Part shown: piece by piece, positions 1 through 8,416 of the stretch | Layout of the letters: every line of letters begins with the position of its first letter | How positions within the stretch are numbered: position 1 is the stretch's first letter | NCBI GenBank assembly: GCA_020636995.1 | Contig: JACJWU010000005.1 | Span: 130,331 to 194,330 of the forward strand | Origin: Actinomycetota bacterium | GTDB taxonomy: Bacteria; Actinomycetota; Actinomycetes; S36-B12; UBA10799 | Direction: 5' to 3' | DNA: 64,000 nt | Notes under the pieces: model-generated | What the model was told of the DNA's origin: nothing | Databases searched by the model: none | What the model saw: only the letters and a program-made list of their open reading frames with translations | Translations under genes and position numbers: made by a program

Positions 1-202
1 ACCAGTCCGCCAGCGCACCCACCATGCCGGCCTCGGCGGCAGCGCGTACATAACCGGCCCACCCCACGCCGTCGCGCTCGAGCACGAACGCCACCGCGTA
101 GATGACGGCCGCCGCGATCAGCGCTCCAACGGCCACCAACTTCATGCGCCGCAGACCGCGCAACTTCTCCTCGTCGGCGGCTGAGACCGCCAATGCACTC
201 AT
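1..202 (-). CDS. DUF445-family membrane protein, N-terminal part only (gene runs off the left edge of the window)
   Basis: Reverse translation from the ATG at 202 gives MSALAVSAADEEKLRGLRRMKLVAVGALIAAAVIYAVAFVLERDGVGWAGYVRAAAEAGMVGALADW. This N-terminus resembles DUF445/YjiN-like proteins. The frame stays open to position 1. Confidence 0.55.
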   Translation of the reverse strand, partial: MSALAVSAADEEKLRGLRRMKLVAVGALIAAAVIYAVAFVLERDGVGWAGYVRAAAEAGMVGALADW

Positions 203-233
203 AGGGCGATCCTGCCCCACGAGTCGCGCGCCG

Positions 234-980
234 TCAGCGGTCGTCCGCCACCAGGTGCCAGATCACTGCGATGACCGTGCTCGCCAGGGCAAGGGCCACC
301 ACGGGGGCCACGGAGATCACGAAGACCGGCGAGTGTCCGGTCCGGGCGACCAGCGCACCGGCCGCCAGCACCGCCAGCGCAGCAGACCCCACCACCGTCG
401 CCCGGGCCGCGATCTTGCCCAGCCGTGACGGCTGCCGGGTCAGCGGATACACCGGCGCATCCAGATACCACCGCACGGCCCAGGCCGCGAGCACCACCAG
501 ACCGACCACGGACAGCGCGACCTGCAAGAAGAAGTAGAACGGCATCCCCAGCACCGTCAGATGGAACACGGCGAAGCGATCAGTCACGACGGTGCCGGCG
601 TGGGTGAACCAGTCCAGAACCTGGTGCGTCACACCGCCGAGGAACAGCGAGAGGACAACGCCCGCCACCTGGTCGGGAGTGGCCAGGCGGCGACGCAGCC
701 CCGGCTGTTGGTTGGCTGCGAGTCGGGCGCGGATCCCGGACGGGGCGAACCAGTCCGCAGGTCGGGCGAAGAAGCCGTGCCACAGCACGAACAGCACGAG
801 ACCCACGAGCACATTGACCACGAAGGTCGCGAACAGCGTGTGCGTCGCACCCACCGAATAGGGCAGGAACGGCGCGAACAGCGGCAGGTCCGGGGTCATG
901 GTGCCGATCACCAGGGCCGACGCGGACAGCCGACTGCCGAAGGGCAGGACGGCAGCGGCGTGGCTGACAGTGAACGGCAT
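234..980 (-). CDS. DUF4184-family membrane protein
   Basis: The ORF is 234..1088. The N-terminal signature MPFTVSHAAAVLPF typical of DUF4184 begins at the internal ATG at 980, and several hydrophobic helices follow. Confidence 0.6.
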   Translation of the reverse strand: MPFTVSHAAAVLPFGSRLSASALVIGTMTPDLPLFAPFLPYSVGATHTLFATFVVNVLVGLVLFVLWHGFFARPADWFAPSGIRARLAANQQPGLRRRLATPDQVAGVVLSLFLGGVTHQVLDWFTHAGTVVTDRFAVFHLTVLGMPFYFFLQVALSVVGLVVLAAWAVRWYLDAPVYPLTRQPSRLGKIAARATVVGSAALAVLAAGALVARTGHSPVFVISVAPVVALALASTVIAVIWHLVADDR

Positions 981-1089
981 GGTTCCAGTGTCACCCGGAC
1001 CGCCAATCGATGACCACACGGATGTGCGCAACGTCACGCCGAACGGCGGCCGGATGCGCCCGATCCGGGCTCGGTATCGTGGATCCATC

Positions 1090-1161
1090 GCCCCGTTAGC
1101 TCAGTGGTAGAGCACTCGCCTTGTAAGCGAGCGGTCGTCCGTTCAATCCGGACACGGGGCT
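1090..1161 (+). tRNA. tRNA-Thr (anticodon TGT)
   Basis: A 72-nt cloverleaf was folded by hand. Acceptor GCCCCGT/ACGGGGC, D arm GCTC-AGTGGTA-GAGC, anticodon arm CTCGC-CTTGTAA-GCGAG (anticodon TGT), T arm GTCCG-TTCAATC-CGGAC, discriminator T. CCA is not encoded. Confidence 0.9.
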
Positions 1162-1295
1162 CAAAGCCTGAAGCCTCGGCATCCACCAATGGGATGGCCG
1201 GCCTCCCCCGTGAGACCCAGGGTCCAGGGCCACCACTTCGAGTGAATCGACGCGATCGCCTCAGAACCGCCCGATCGGTGCCCGATACTGAGAAC

Positions 1296-2525
1296 ATGCG
1301 CCGGGGTGTGCGTGCCACGATCCTCGCCGGGGCCTGCGTACCAGGGCTCCTCGGGGTTGCACATGCTGCACCGCCGGACAATCCGGCACGGGCATTGGCA
1401 CGCGCCGAGCCCGGCGATGTCGTGACGCTGGGCGCCCGGACCTACCTGCTCAACCGCCCCCTCGAAGTACCGCGGGGTGTGACGCTCGAGGGCGCGAAGT
1501 CGGGACGGACCATTCTGCGGATCAACACGAAGAAGATCGCTAATTTCGCCTACGACTTCGCGGTCCGGCCCCGCGGCAAGGCAGTGGACGTGACCGTCAA
1601 GGATCTCACGATCGACGGGGGACTCCGGGCCGGCGAGTCGCTGCCGGAGAACACCGGGGGCGGCCTCAAGAGCGGTGACCGGTGGACGATCACGAACGTC
1701 ACCTTCACCAACATCAACTACTTCAAGGTGTGGCTCTATGAGATCTCCGGGGCGACGGTCAGGGGCAACACGTTCACCGCAGACCCGGGCGTGCGTGGCC
1801 GCAACGACAACATCGGCGGGGGTCGGTCGGCGCGTCTGCTCATCGACGACAACACCTTCACCGCGTCGAGCACCGGGTCCGCGATCGACCTCCTGCGCTC
1901 CCGCAGGATCCGCATCCAGGACAACACCCTCAACGGAACCCCGGACGCCGAGCGGTCGATGTTCCTGGAAGGGGTCACCGATTCCGTGGTCTCGGGCAAC
2001 ACCATCCGGCACGGCGCCGTGACGGCCAAGAGCGACCGCGGGTACAGCGCCTACGGGGATCTCACCAACCCGGCGAACATCCGCATCACCGGCAACCGGA
2101 TCTCGGATTCGCCCGAGGCCGGGATCGCAGTCGTGTACGCGAGCGCCAAGCGCGGCCAGTCGGCCGGTGGCGCCAACGTGGTCTCGGGCAACACGATCAC
2201 CGGGTCCGGGCGCGACGCCATTGTGATGCTGCATTGCGCGCCGACGACACTCGCCCCGGACCGCATCGCCCGCAACACCATCTCCGACGCTTTCACCGTC
2301 GCCGAATACTGGTCCACCGGCTGCGGGATCGTCGGGCCGTCCGCGATCGCGGTCACTGGTGGCTTCGGAACGGTCGTGCGCGCCAACACGGTGACGGACA
2401 CCCGTCGGGGACTCGTGGCAGCGGTCTGGTTCGGCGCGAACGGCGTAAAGGTGCAGCAGGCCGATGGCACTGAGTCTGGAACCATCACGAGCCCTGGGCT
2501 GCCCGCGGCGCACTACGTCCGCTGA
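1296..2525 (+). CDS. Secreted right-handed parallel beta-helix repeat protein (NosD/CASH-like fold)
   Basis: The ORF is 1104..2525. The internal start MRRGVRATILAGACVPGLLGVAHA looks like a signal peptide. The body has repeated motifs of the form ...N..I.GN.I......GI.. (for example VVSGNTIRHG, ITGNRISDS, VVSGNTITGSG, IARNTISD). Confidence 0.6.
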   Translation: MRRGVRATILAGACVPGLLGVAHAAPPDNPARALARAEPGDVVTLGARTYLLNRPLEVPRGVTLEGAKSGRTILRINTKKIANFAYDFAVRPRGKAVDVTVKDLTIDGGLRAGESLPENTGGGLKSGDRWTITNVTFTNINYFKVWLYEISGATVRGNTFTADPGVRGRNDNIGGGRSARLLIDDNTFTASSTGSAIDLLRSRRIRIQDNTLNGTPDAERSMFLEGVTDSVVSGNTIRHGAVTAKSDRGYSAYGDLTNPANIRITGNRISDSPEAGIAVVYASAKRGQSAGGANVVSGNTITGSGRDAIVMLHCAPTTLAPDRIARNTISDAFTVAEYWSTGCGIVGPSAIAVTGGFGTVVRANTVTDTRRGLVAAVWFGANGVKVQQADGTESGTITSPGLPAAHYVR

Positions 2526-2578
2526 CCGCAGCCGCCGTTGTTCGGCACAGTCGTCGCTCCAGCCACTAGCCTCACCGC

Positions 2579-3223
2579 ATGTCCACACGCGTGATCCTTG
2601 AGATCTTCGGCTGGATCGGCTCCGGCCTTATCGTGCTGTCGCTGGCCCAGGCCCGGGTCTGGCGATTCCGCATCATGAACTTCGTCGGTGCGGTCATCGC
2701 CACGGTCTACAACTTCCTGCTCGAGATCTGGCCCTTCGGCGCGATGAACCTGATCATCGCCATCATCGACGCCTACTGGCTGGTGCGCCTGAGCCGCGAA
2801 CGCCGACCGGAGTCCACGGCCTACGACCTGCTCGAGGTCCACCACGACGATGCGTTCCTGCGGCACTTCCTCGGCGTGCACGGCAAGGACGCCAAGCGGC
2901 ATTTCCCCGACTTCGATCCGGATGCGGCGAGCCGGTCGAACGTGCTCGTCATGCGCGGCGACGAGGCGGTGGGAGTGGTCACGATCGCCGACATCCGCGA
3001 TGGCACCGCCGATATCAGCCTGGACTACGTCACCGAGCGGTTCCGGGACTTCACACCCGGCACGTTCGTCTACCAGGACTCCGGGATGTTCGAGCGACTC
3101 GGAGTGCGGAAGATCCAGGCGCCGGCCTCAGCCGGTGAGCACTACCTCAAGAAGATGGGATTCCGGGAAGACGCGGGCACGTGGATCCGTGAGGTCGCGC
3201 CAACCGGGCCATCGGCACAGTAG
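2579..3223 (+). CDS. Fusion protein with a three-helix YgjV/SemiSWEET-like membrane module and a GNAT-fold-like cytosolic domain
   Basis: About 75 N-terminal residues form three hydrophobic helices (ILEIFGWIGSGLIVLSL, IMNFVGAVIATVYNFLL, FGAMNLIIAIIDAYWLV). The C-terminal part of about 135 aa resembles an acetyltransferase fold but lacks a clean Q/RxxGxG/A motif. Confidence 0.45.
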   Translation: MSTRVILEIFGWIGSGLIVLSLAQARVWRFRIMNFVGAVIATVYNFLLEIWPFGAMNLIIAIIDAYWLVRLSRERRPESTAYDLLEVHHDDAFLRHFLGVHGKDAKRHFPDFDPDAASRSNVLVMRGDEAVGVVTIADIRDGTADISLDYVTERFRDFTPGTFVYQDSGMFERLGVRKIQAPASAGEHYLKKMGFREDAGTWIREVAPTGPSAQ

Positions 3224-3234
3224 CCTCGTTCACC

Positions 3235-4719
3235 ATGACCACGGTGACCGCACCGACCCAGCGGACGTTCTTCGGGCACCCGGCGGGGTTGTCCACGCTG
3301 TTCTTCACAGAGTTCTGGGAGCGGTTCTCGTATTACGGCATGCGCGCCTTGCTCGTGCTGTATCTGGTGGCCCCTCCGAACGGTGCGACGCCTCCCGGGC
3401 CCGGCTTGGGTCTGGACACCGCCACGGCATCGGCCATCTACGGCACCTACGTGGCTTTGGTGTACCTGTTCCCACTGTTGGGTGGGTGGATCGCCGACCG
3501 CATGTGGGGTTTCCGGCGCGCGGTCCTCGTCGGCGGCATCGTCATCGCCTGCGGGCACTACTCGATGGCCGTCCCGATGGAACTCACGTTCTGGCTGGGT
3601 CTGCTGCTCATCGCTCTGGGGACGGGTCTGCTCAAGCCCAACATCTCGGCGATGGTCGGCGAGTTGTACCACGATCACGACGCCAAACGGGACGCCGGCT
3701 TCTCGGTCTTCTACATGGGCATCAACCTCGGGGCCTTCGTCGCACCGATCGTGACCGGGGCTCTGATGGACAACTTCGGATGGCACTACGCGTTCGGCGC
3801 CGCGGCCATCGGCATGACGATCGGCGTCATCCAGTACGTCCTCGGTGGCCGCAAGACCCTCGCGGGTATCGGGCTCACCGCCCCCAACCCGGCGAGTCCG
3901 AGGGAGAAGCGCAACGTCTTCGCGATCCTGGGTGGGTCGGTCGGGGCCATCATCCTGCTCGCCCTGATTGACGCCTGGCTCTTCGGCTTCGAGATCTCCG
4001 ACATGGTGGACATCCTGGCGATATTCATCCTGTTGGTGCCGATCGTCTACTTCGTGCGGATGTTCCGGACACCCGGGATGAGCAAGGAGCAGACGTCCCG
4101 ACTGCACGCGTTCCTCGGATTGTTCATCGGCGCCGCGATCTTCTGGATGATCTACGACCAGGCCGGTTCCACGCTGTCGGTGTTCGCCGAGGAGAGCACG
4201 GATCTGACCATGGGGGACTTCACCATCCCGGTGCCATGGCTGCAGTCGATCAACCCCATCTTCATCATCATCTTCGCGCCGATCTTCGCGGGGATCTGGT
4301 CGCGACTGGGAGAGCGGGCACCGTCGACGCCGCTGAAGTTCGCGTGGGCACTGCTGGGGATCGGCATCAGCTTCCTCGTCATGATCATCCCCGCACTCGA
4401 TGCCGAAACCGGCGCACAGGTCGCGGTCTGGTGGCTAGTGGGGGTCTACCTGATCCAGACCTGGGCGGAGTTGCTTCTGTCACCGATCGGACTGAGTGCC
4501 TCAACACGGCTCGCGCCACCCGGCATGGAGGGCCAGATGCTGGCGCTGTGGTTCCTCGCAGTGTCGGTCGGCGACACGATCGGCGCCCAGATCCTCGCGC
4601 GCATCGGCAACGACTACGTGCGCGTATTCACCACGTTCGGCCTCATGGCCGTCGGTGCCGCGGTCATCGCCTTCCTGTTCGTGCCGCGTCTCAAGCGGAT
4701 GATGGCCGGCGTGCACTGA
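3235..4719 (+). CDS. dtpT: Proton-dependent di/tripeptide transporter (POT/PTR2 family, MFS)
   Basis: The PTR2 signature region FFGHPAGLSTLFFTEFWERFSYYGMRALLVLYL is present. The protein is 494 aa and polytopic. Confidence 0.85.
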   Translation: MTTVTAPTQRTFFGHPAGLSTLFFTEFWERFSYYGMRALLVLYLVAPPNGATPPGPGLGLDTATASAIYGTYVALVYLFPLLGGWIADRMWGFRRAVLVGGIVIACGHYSMAVPMELTFWLGLLLIALGTGLLKPNISAMVGELYHDHDAKRDAGFSVFYMGINLGAFVAPIVTGALMDNFGWHYAFGAAAIGMTIGVIQYVLGGRKTLAGIGLTAPNPASPREKRNVFAILGGSVGAIILLALIDAWLFGFEISDMVDILAIFILLVPIVYFVRMFRTPGMSKEQTSRLHAFLGLFIGAAIFWMIYDQAGSTLSVFAEESTDLTMGDFTIPVPWLQSINPIFIIIFAPIFAGIWSRLGERAPSTPLKFAWALLGIGISFLVMIIPALDAETGAQVAVWWLVGVYLIQTWAELLLSPIGLSASTRLAPPGMEGQMLALWFLAVSVGDTIGAQILARIGNDYVRVFTTFGLMAVGAAVIAFLFVPRLKRMMAGVH

Positions 4720-4724
4720 GCCCC

Positions 4725-5006
4725 GTTGACCATTAGGCACCCAAACCCCCCGTCACCCCGGACTGGGTGCCGATACGACAACTGGGTTGACCATGAGGCA
4801 CCCAAACCCCCCGGCACCCCCGACTGGGTGCCCACACGACAACTGGGTTGACCATGAGGCACCCAACCCGGGCGTCCGCCACGACTGGGTGCCCACACGA
4901 CAACTGCGGGGTCCCGACCACCCGCAACTCGCGCCACACACGACAGCCGGGTTGACCATCAGGCACCCAACCGGGCGTCCGGCCGGACTGGGTGCCACCG
5001 ACCGTC
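4725..5006. repeat. Tandem array of a 61-bp hairpin-containing unit (MIRU-like), about 4 copies, one degenerate
   Basis: GTTGACC unit starts are at 4725, 4786, 4847 and 4951. The first three are exactly 61 bp apart, and 4908-4950 is a decayed copy. Each unit carries the inverted repeat GGCACCCA...TGGGTGCC. The array fills the convergent gap between the dtpT stop (4719) and the EamA stop (5009). Confidence 0.85.
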
Positions 5007-5008
5007 CG

Positions 5009-5908
5009 TCACGTGCTGCGGCGCCCGATCAACCCCTGCACCAGCGCCGCTCCGGCCAGGACGACAACCGCACCCACCGGCTGGTTCCAGCTCATCGCCT
5101 CGCCCAGCACGACGATGCCCAACGCGGTCGACACCAGGGGTGTGGCATACGTGACAGATGCGCTGACCACCGACCCCGCGAGAGCGATCACGCGGAACAT
5201 CCAGATGAAGGCAAGGCCGGTGGCCAAAGCCCCCAGCACGACCACCGCCACGACTGGCTGCCACGTCACGGAGTCCGGCACAGGCGTCCAGATCGCCACC
5301 AGCAGCGCCATCACCGCCGTTGAGCACAGCAACTGGGCGCCCATGATCGGGGCGCCCCCCTCGGGTCGCACCGCGAGGAAACGGCGGGTCCACGGCACCC
5401 CCACGCCGTAGCACAAGGTCGCACCCAGACAGGCCAGGGAACCCGCGAGGTCGCCACTGAGGCCCTGCCACACCCCCATCACCATCAGGACCCCGGCGAA
5501 GCCGATGAGCAGCCCCAGCACCCGCTGCCGCGTCAGCCGCTCATGCGGCACGATCAACAGCGCGAACAGGGCCGTGAACAGTGGCGTGGCCGCGTTGAAC
5601 AACCCCGCGAGCACGCTGGAGACCCGAGTCTCCGCCCAGGCGAACAGGGTGAACGGGATGACGTTGGTCATCAGCCCCACGAAGGCGGCATGACCCCACA
5701 CAGCACCCCATCGGGGCAGGCGCTGGCGCTGCACCACGATCACCGCGAGGACTGCCAGAAACCCGAACAACACCCGCCCGAAAGTGATCTGCATCGGCGC
5801 GAAGGACTGCAGGCCGATCTTGATCAGGAAGAAACTCGACCCCCAGACCAGGGCCAATGCCCACCAGTACGGCAGCCACGCGGACAGGCGCGTGGTCGGC
5901 TGGTGCAC
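5009..5908 (-). CDS. EamA/DMT-family transporter
   Basis: 299 aa with about 10 hydrophobic segments. The N-terminal region WALALVWGSSFFLIKIGLQSFAPMQITFGRV is typical of EamA domains. Confidence 0.8.
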   Translation of the reverse strand: MHQPTTRLSAWLPYWWALALVWGSSFFLIKIGLQSFAPMQITFGRVLFGFLAVLAVIVVQRQRLPRWGAVWGHAAFVGLMTNVIPFTLFAWAETRVSSVLAGLFNAATPLFTALFALLIVPHERLTRQRVLGLLIGFAGVLMVMGVWQGLSGDLAGSLACLGATLCYGVGVPWTRRFLAVRPEGGAPIMGAQLLCSTAVMALLVAIWTPVPDSVTWQPVVAVVVLGALATGLAFIWMFRVIALAGSVVSASVTYATPLVSTALGIVVLGEAMSWNQPVGAVVVLAGAALVQGLIGRRST

Positions 5909-6036
5909 TCTGGTGATTCTGCCGCCTACGGACCCCGTAGCGGGCCCCGGGCGGTACGTCCCGCCGCCGCCTGGCCCGCGAAGACCGACTCGTGTCGCAA
6001 CCCTGCGGACGTCACGGCCCGTTCCATGCTGGACTC

Positions 6037-6693
6037 ATGGCCAGCGAGCAGACCTACCAGAGGTACCGCCGCCTGGCCCGCTACCCGTTGTTCCTCGCCG
6101 GACTGCTGTTCATCATCGGTCTCGTACTCATCCTCGACCCGCACATCGCGACCGCCGAGGGGCACCACATCACGGGACGCACGCTGACACTGATCTCATG
6201 GGCGGTCTTCCTGGCCGACTACGTCGTTTCGCTGATCCTGGCGCCCGACCGGGTGCAGTTCATCCGCACCCACGTCCTGCAGGCCGTCGGCGTGGTATTC
6301 CCGCCGCTGCGGATCCTGCTGATCTTCCACGTCACGTACGAGGTCGCCCGCCAGACCCGCGGCAAGTTCGGCCAGCGGGTGCGCCTGTACCTGCTCTACC
6401 TGACGACCCTGGTCGTGCTCGTGTCGTCGGTGGCCGTCCTCATCGCCGAACGCAACGCCCCCGGAGCCACCATCGTGAGTTTCGGCGATTCCTTGTGGTG
6501 GGCCGCGGAGACGATCTCCACCGTCGGGTACGGCGACATGTACCCGGTGACGGTGACCGGCCGCGTGATCGCTGTGTCACTCATGGTCAACGGATTCCTG
6601 ATCTTGTCAGTCCTCACTGCGACAGTGGCTCAGAAGTTCGCGAGTACTCAATCGCAGGGGCCACAGGAGCCACTGCCCGAACCGGAGGTGTAG
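6037..6693 (+). CDS. Potassium channel family protein (two-TM/pore type)
   Basis: The selectivity filter TVGYGD is present (TISTVGYGDMYPVT). The ORF opens at 5992. I prefer the ATG at 6037 (MASEQTYQRY), but the start is uncertain. Confidence 0.8.
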   Translation: MASEQTYQRYRRLARYPLFLAGLLFIIGLVLILDPHIATAEGHHITGRTLTLISWAVFLADYVVSLILAPDRVQFIRTHVLQAVGVVFPPLRILLIFHVTYEVARQTRGKFGQRVRLYLLYLTTLVVLVSSVAVLIAERNAPGATIVSFGDSLWWAAETISTVGYGDMYPVTVTGRVIAVSLMVNGFLILSVLTATVAQKFASTQSQGPQEPLPEPEV

Positions 6694-6936
6694 ATGTCCG
6701 CCCTGTCGGATCGTGACCGCGCGATCCTTGAGTTCGAGAAGACCTGGTGGCGTTTCGAGGGCGCCAAGCACGAGGCGATCCGGGAGCGGTTCCACCTGTC
6801 CCCCACCCGCTACTACCAGGTGCTCAACGGCCTGCTCGACGATCCCGCAGCGCTGGCCGAGGAGCCCGTGGTCGTCAGGCGCTTACAGGGCCAGCGGCAG
6901 GCACGTCGCCGCGCGATCTCCTCCCGAAGCGCCTGA
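6694..6936 (+). CDS. DUF3263 domain protein
   Basis: MSALSDRDRAILEFEKTWWRFEGAKHEAIRERFHLSPTRYYQVLNGLLDDP matches the DUF3263 pattern. Its ATG directly follows the channel gene stop (TAGATG). Confidence 0.7.
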   Translation: MSALSDRDRAILEFEKTWWRFEGAKHEAIRERFHLSPTRYYQVLNGLLDDPAALAEEPVVVRRLQGQRQARRRAISSRSA

Positions 6937-7306
6937 CGGGCCGTTCGACGTAGCCACCGGCCGTCAGCCCCGCTCCCCGCTCGAAGGCATTGCGCGACCA
7001 CCAGTCGCCGGTCCGCAGCCAGGACCATCCGGCGGCGAGCGCGTATGCCGGCCAGAATGCCGGACCGAGCACCGCATACTGGCGGACGTGGGCCTGCTCG
7101 TGCTGCCACACGACCTCCGACACGGGCCGTCTGCTGAGGACGACACAGCCCACGGTGAAGGCCGCGGCCCGCGGTTGTGACCAGGAGTAGCCCGTGGCCT
7201 CCCAGAATCGATCGCGTCGACGCACCGTGCATCCCGCGGCGCGGGCCAGCAGGAAGCCCGCCCCCGATGTGAGGTTCACAGTGTTGAGCAGGACGACGAG
7301 GTCCAT
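6875..7306 (-). CDS. Hypothetical protein with an HExxH motif (possible metallopeptidase-like)
   Basis: The ORF is 6875..7372. The start at 7306 (MDLVVLLNT) overlaps the gpgS stop by 1 nt (TGATG). It contains WQHEQAHVRQ. The family is not recognised. Confidence 0.4.
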   Translation of the reverse strand: MDLVVLLNTVNLTSGAGFLLARAAGCTVRRRDRFWEATGYSWSQPRAAAFTVGCVVLSRRPVSEVVWQHEQAHVRQYAVLGPAFWPAYALAAGWSWLRTGDWWSRNAFERGAGLTAGGYVERPVRRFGRRSRGDVPAAGPVSA

Positions 7307-8250
7307 CAGACCCACTGATCGACCGGCGCTGTGGACAACGGTGGCCGTTCGACGTCCACCACGGCGTGCCACGTACCCACGAAGTGATGGCCGACACGGT
7401 CGAACTGGGCCACGGCCTGTCCAGCCGCGCGCGATGCGTGCAACTGGGGGTCGAGCCGCCGCAGCGCGGTCTGCAGGATCTGTGCGGCCATCAGACCGAG
7501 TTTGCGTTCATCGTGGTGACGGTGGATCCGCACCCCGAGATCGACCTGGGCGATCGCATCGACCCCCAACAGTTCGGCGGTGTCCACGAGCATCGCGAAC
7601 TCCACCCCGTAGCCGACCGGAAACGGCAGCCGCTCCAGCAGTGTGCGGCGGGCGGCGTACTCCCCTGCCAGCGGCTGGATCACGCCTGCGAGTTCCGGCC
7701 AGTACAGGTTGAGCAGCGGCCGGGCCACCAGTTCCGTCACACGACCACCGCCGGCGGCCACGACCGAGTCCCCGTCCACCAGAGGTCGCTCGTACACCGC
7801 CTTGACCAGGTGCACGTCCGGGTCGGTCAGCAGCGGTCCGAGCAGACCGGTGACATATCTGGCGGTGAACGACCGCAGATCAGCGTCGATGAAGACGACC
7901 AGGTCGGCGTCGGTGGCGGCCAGCGCCCGCCACATCGCCTCCCCTTTCCCGCGCAGTGAGGGCAGGCCGGGGAACACGCTGTCCAGGGCAACCACCCGGG
8001 CACCGTGGGCGGCCGCCACCGCAGCGGTGTCGTCGGTCGACCCCGAATCCAGAACGACCAACTCGTCCACCAGTGTCCCGAGCAGTTCGTCGCGGATGGT
8101 CTGCACGATCTGTCCCACGGTCGCGGCCTCGTTGAGGGCCGGCAGGACCACAGCGACGCTCTGGTCCTTGCGCGCGAGCAGGTCCGGCAGCCGCCAGTCG
8201 TCGGCGGTGGATGCTCGCTCGTCCAGCCATGTCTGAACGTGCTCGGTCAC
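7306..8250 (-). CDS. gpgS: Glucosyl-3-phosphoglycerate synthase (GT81)
   Basis: VVLPALNEAATVGQIVQTI...VVLDSGSTDDT...LRGKGEAMWRALAATDADLVVFIDADL shows the GT-A fold motifs of GpgS (Rv1208-like). Confidence 0.8.
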   Translation of the reverse strand: MTEHVQTWLDERASTADDWRLPDLLARKDQSVAVVLPALNEAATVGQIVQTIRDELLGTLVDELVVLDSGSTDDTAAVAAAHGARVVALDSVFPGLPSLRGKGEAMWRALAATDADLVVFIDADLRSFTARYVTGLLGPLLTDPDVHLVKAVYERPLVDGDSVVAAGGGRVTELVARPLLNLYWPELAGVIQPLAGEYAARRTLLERLPFPVGYGVEFAMLVDTAELLGVDAIAQVDLGVRIHRHHDERKLGLMAAQILQTALRRLDPQLHASRAAGQAVAQFDRVGHHFVGTWHAVVDVERPPLSTAPVDQWV

Positions 8251-8299
8251 GTGCCCCCCAGGGGTCGGTCGGTCCAGACCAGCGTGTCACAATTCCTGT

Positions 8300-8410
8300 G
8301 ACCTCATCCAGAGGGGCAGAGGGACCGGCCCGACGAAGCCCCGGCAACCGACCGCACTCGTGCGGGGAAGGTGCCAACTCCGGCCGTACCAGACGGGAAG
8401 ATGGGAAGGA
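8300..8410 (+). promoter_or_regulatory. SAM-I (S-box) riboswitch in the thrC leader
   Basis: CTCATCCAGAGGGGCAGAGGGACCGGCCCGACGAAGCCCCGGCAACC...GGTGCCAACTCC...AGATGGG matches the conserved SAM-I core (AUC-AGAG-GGC-GAGGGA-GGCCC-GAA-CCC-GCAACC...GGUGC-AA-UCC...AGAUGRG). P1 is CUCAUC/GAUGGG. The 3' P1 strand runs into the GGGAAGGA Shine-Dalgarno region just before the ATG at 8417. Confidence 0.8.
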
Positions 8411-8416
8411 CCACCC

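Noticed and set aside
1090-2525. tRNA-Thr followed by a secreted beta-helix protein, considered as a tRNA-targeted genomic island.
   Set aside because: There is no integrase, and I could find no direct repeat of the tRNA 3' end downstream. The island would be a single gene, so there is not enough evidence.
1161-2588. Long ORFs opposite or out of frame with recognisable genes. Examples are 1161..2588 (-), 23131..24837 (+), 27591..29807 (+), 46979..48208 (-), 48894..50150 (-), 55503..56963 (-) and the 5' two-thirds of 57916..60276 (-).
   Set aside because: Their translations are Arg/Pro/Gly/His-rich low-complexity strings, which is typical of shadow frames in very GC-rich DNA. Each lies antisense or offset to a gene with clear family motifs (beta-helix protein, pstA/pstC, CYTH-CHAD, SBP, permease, HTH_42, pgm).
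5909-6036. Small hairpins (CTACGG-ACC-CCGTAG and GGCGG-GACGTA-CCGCC on the minus strand) upstream of the EamA transporter, considered as a guanidine-II (mini-ykkC)-type riboswitch.
   Set aside because: The loops do not carry the ACGR tetraloop consensus, and the spacing and stems do not fit. No other riboswitch consensus was recognised.
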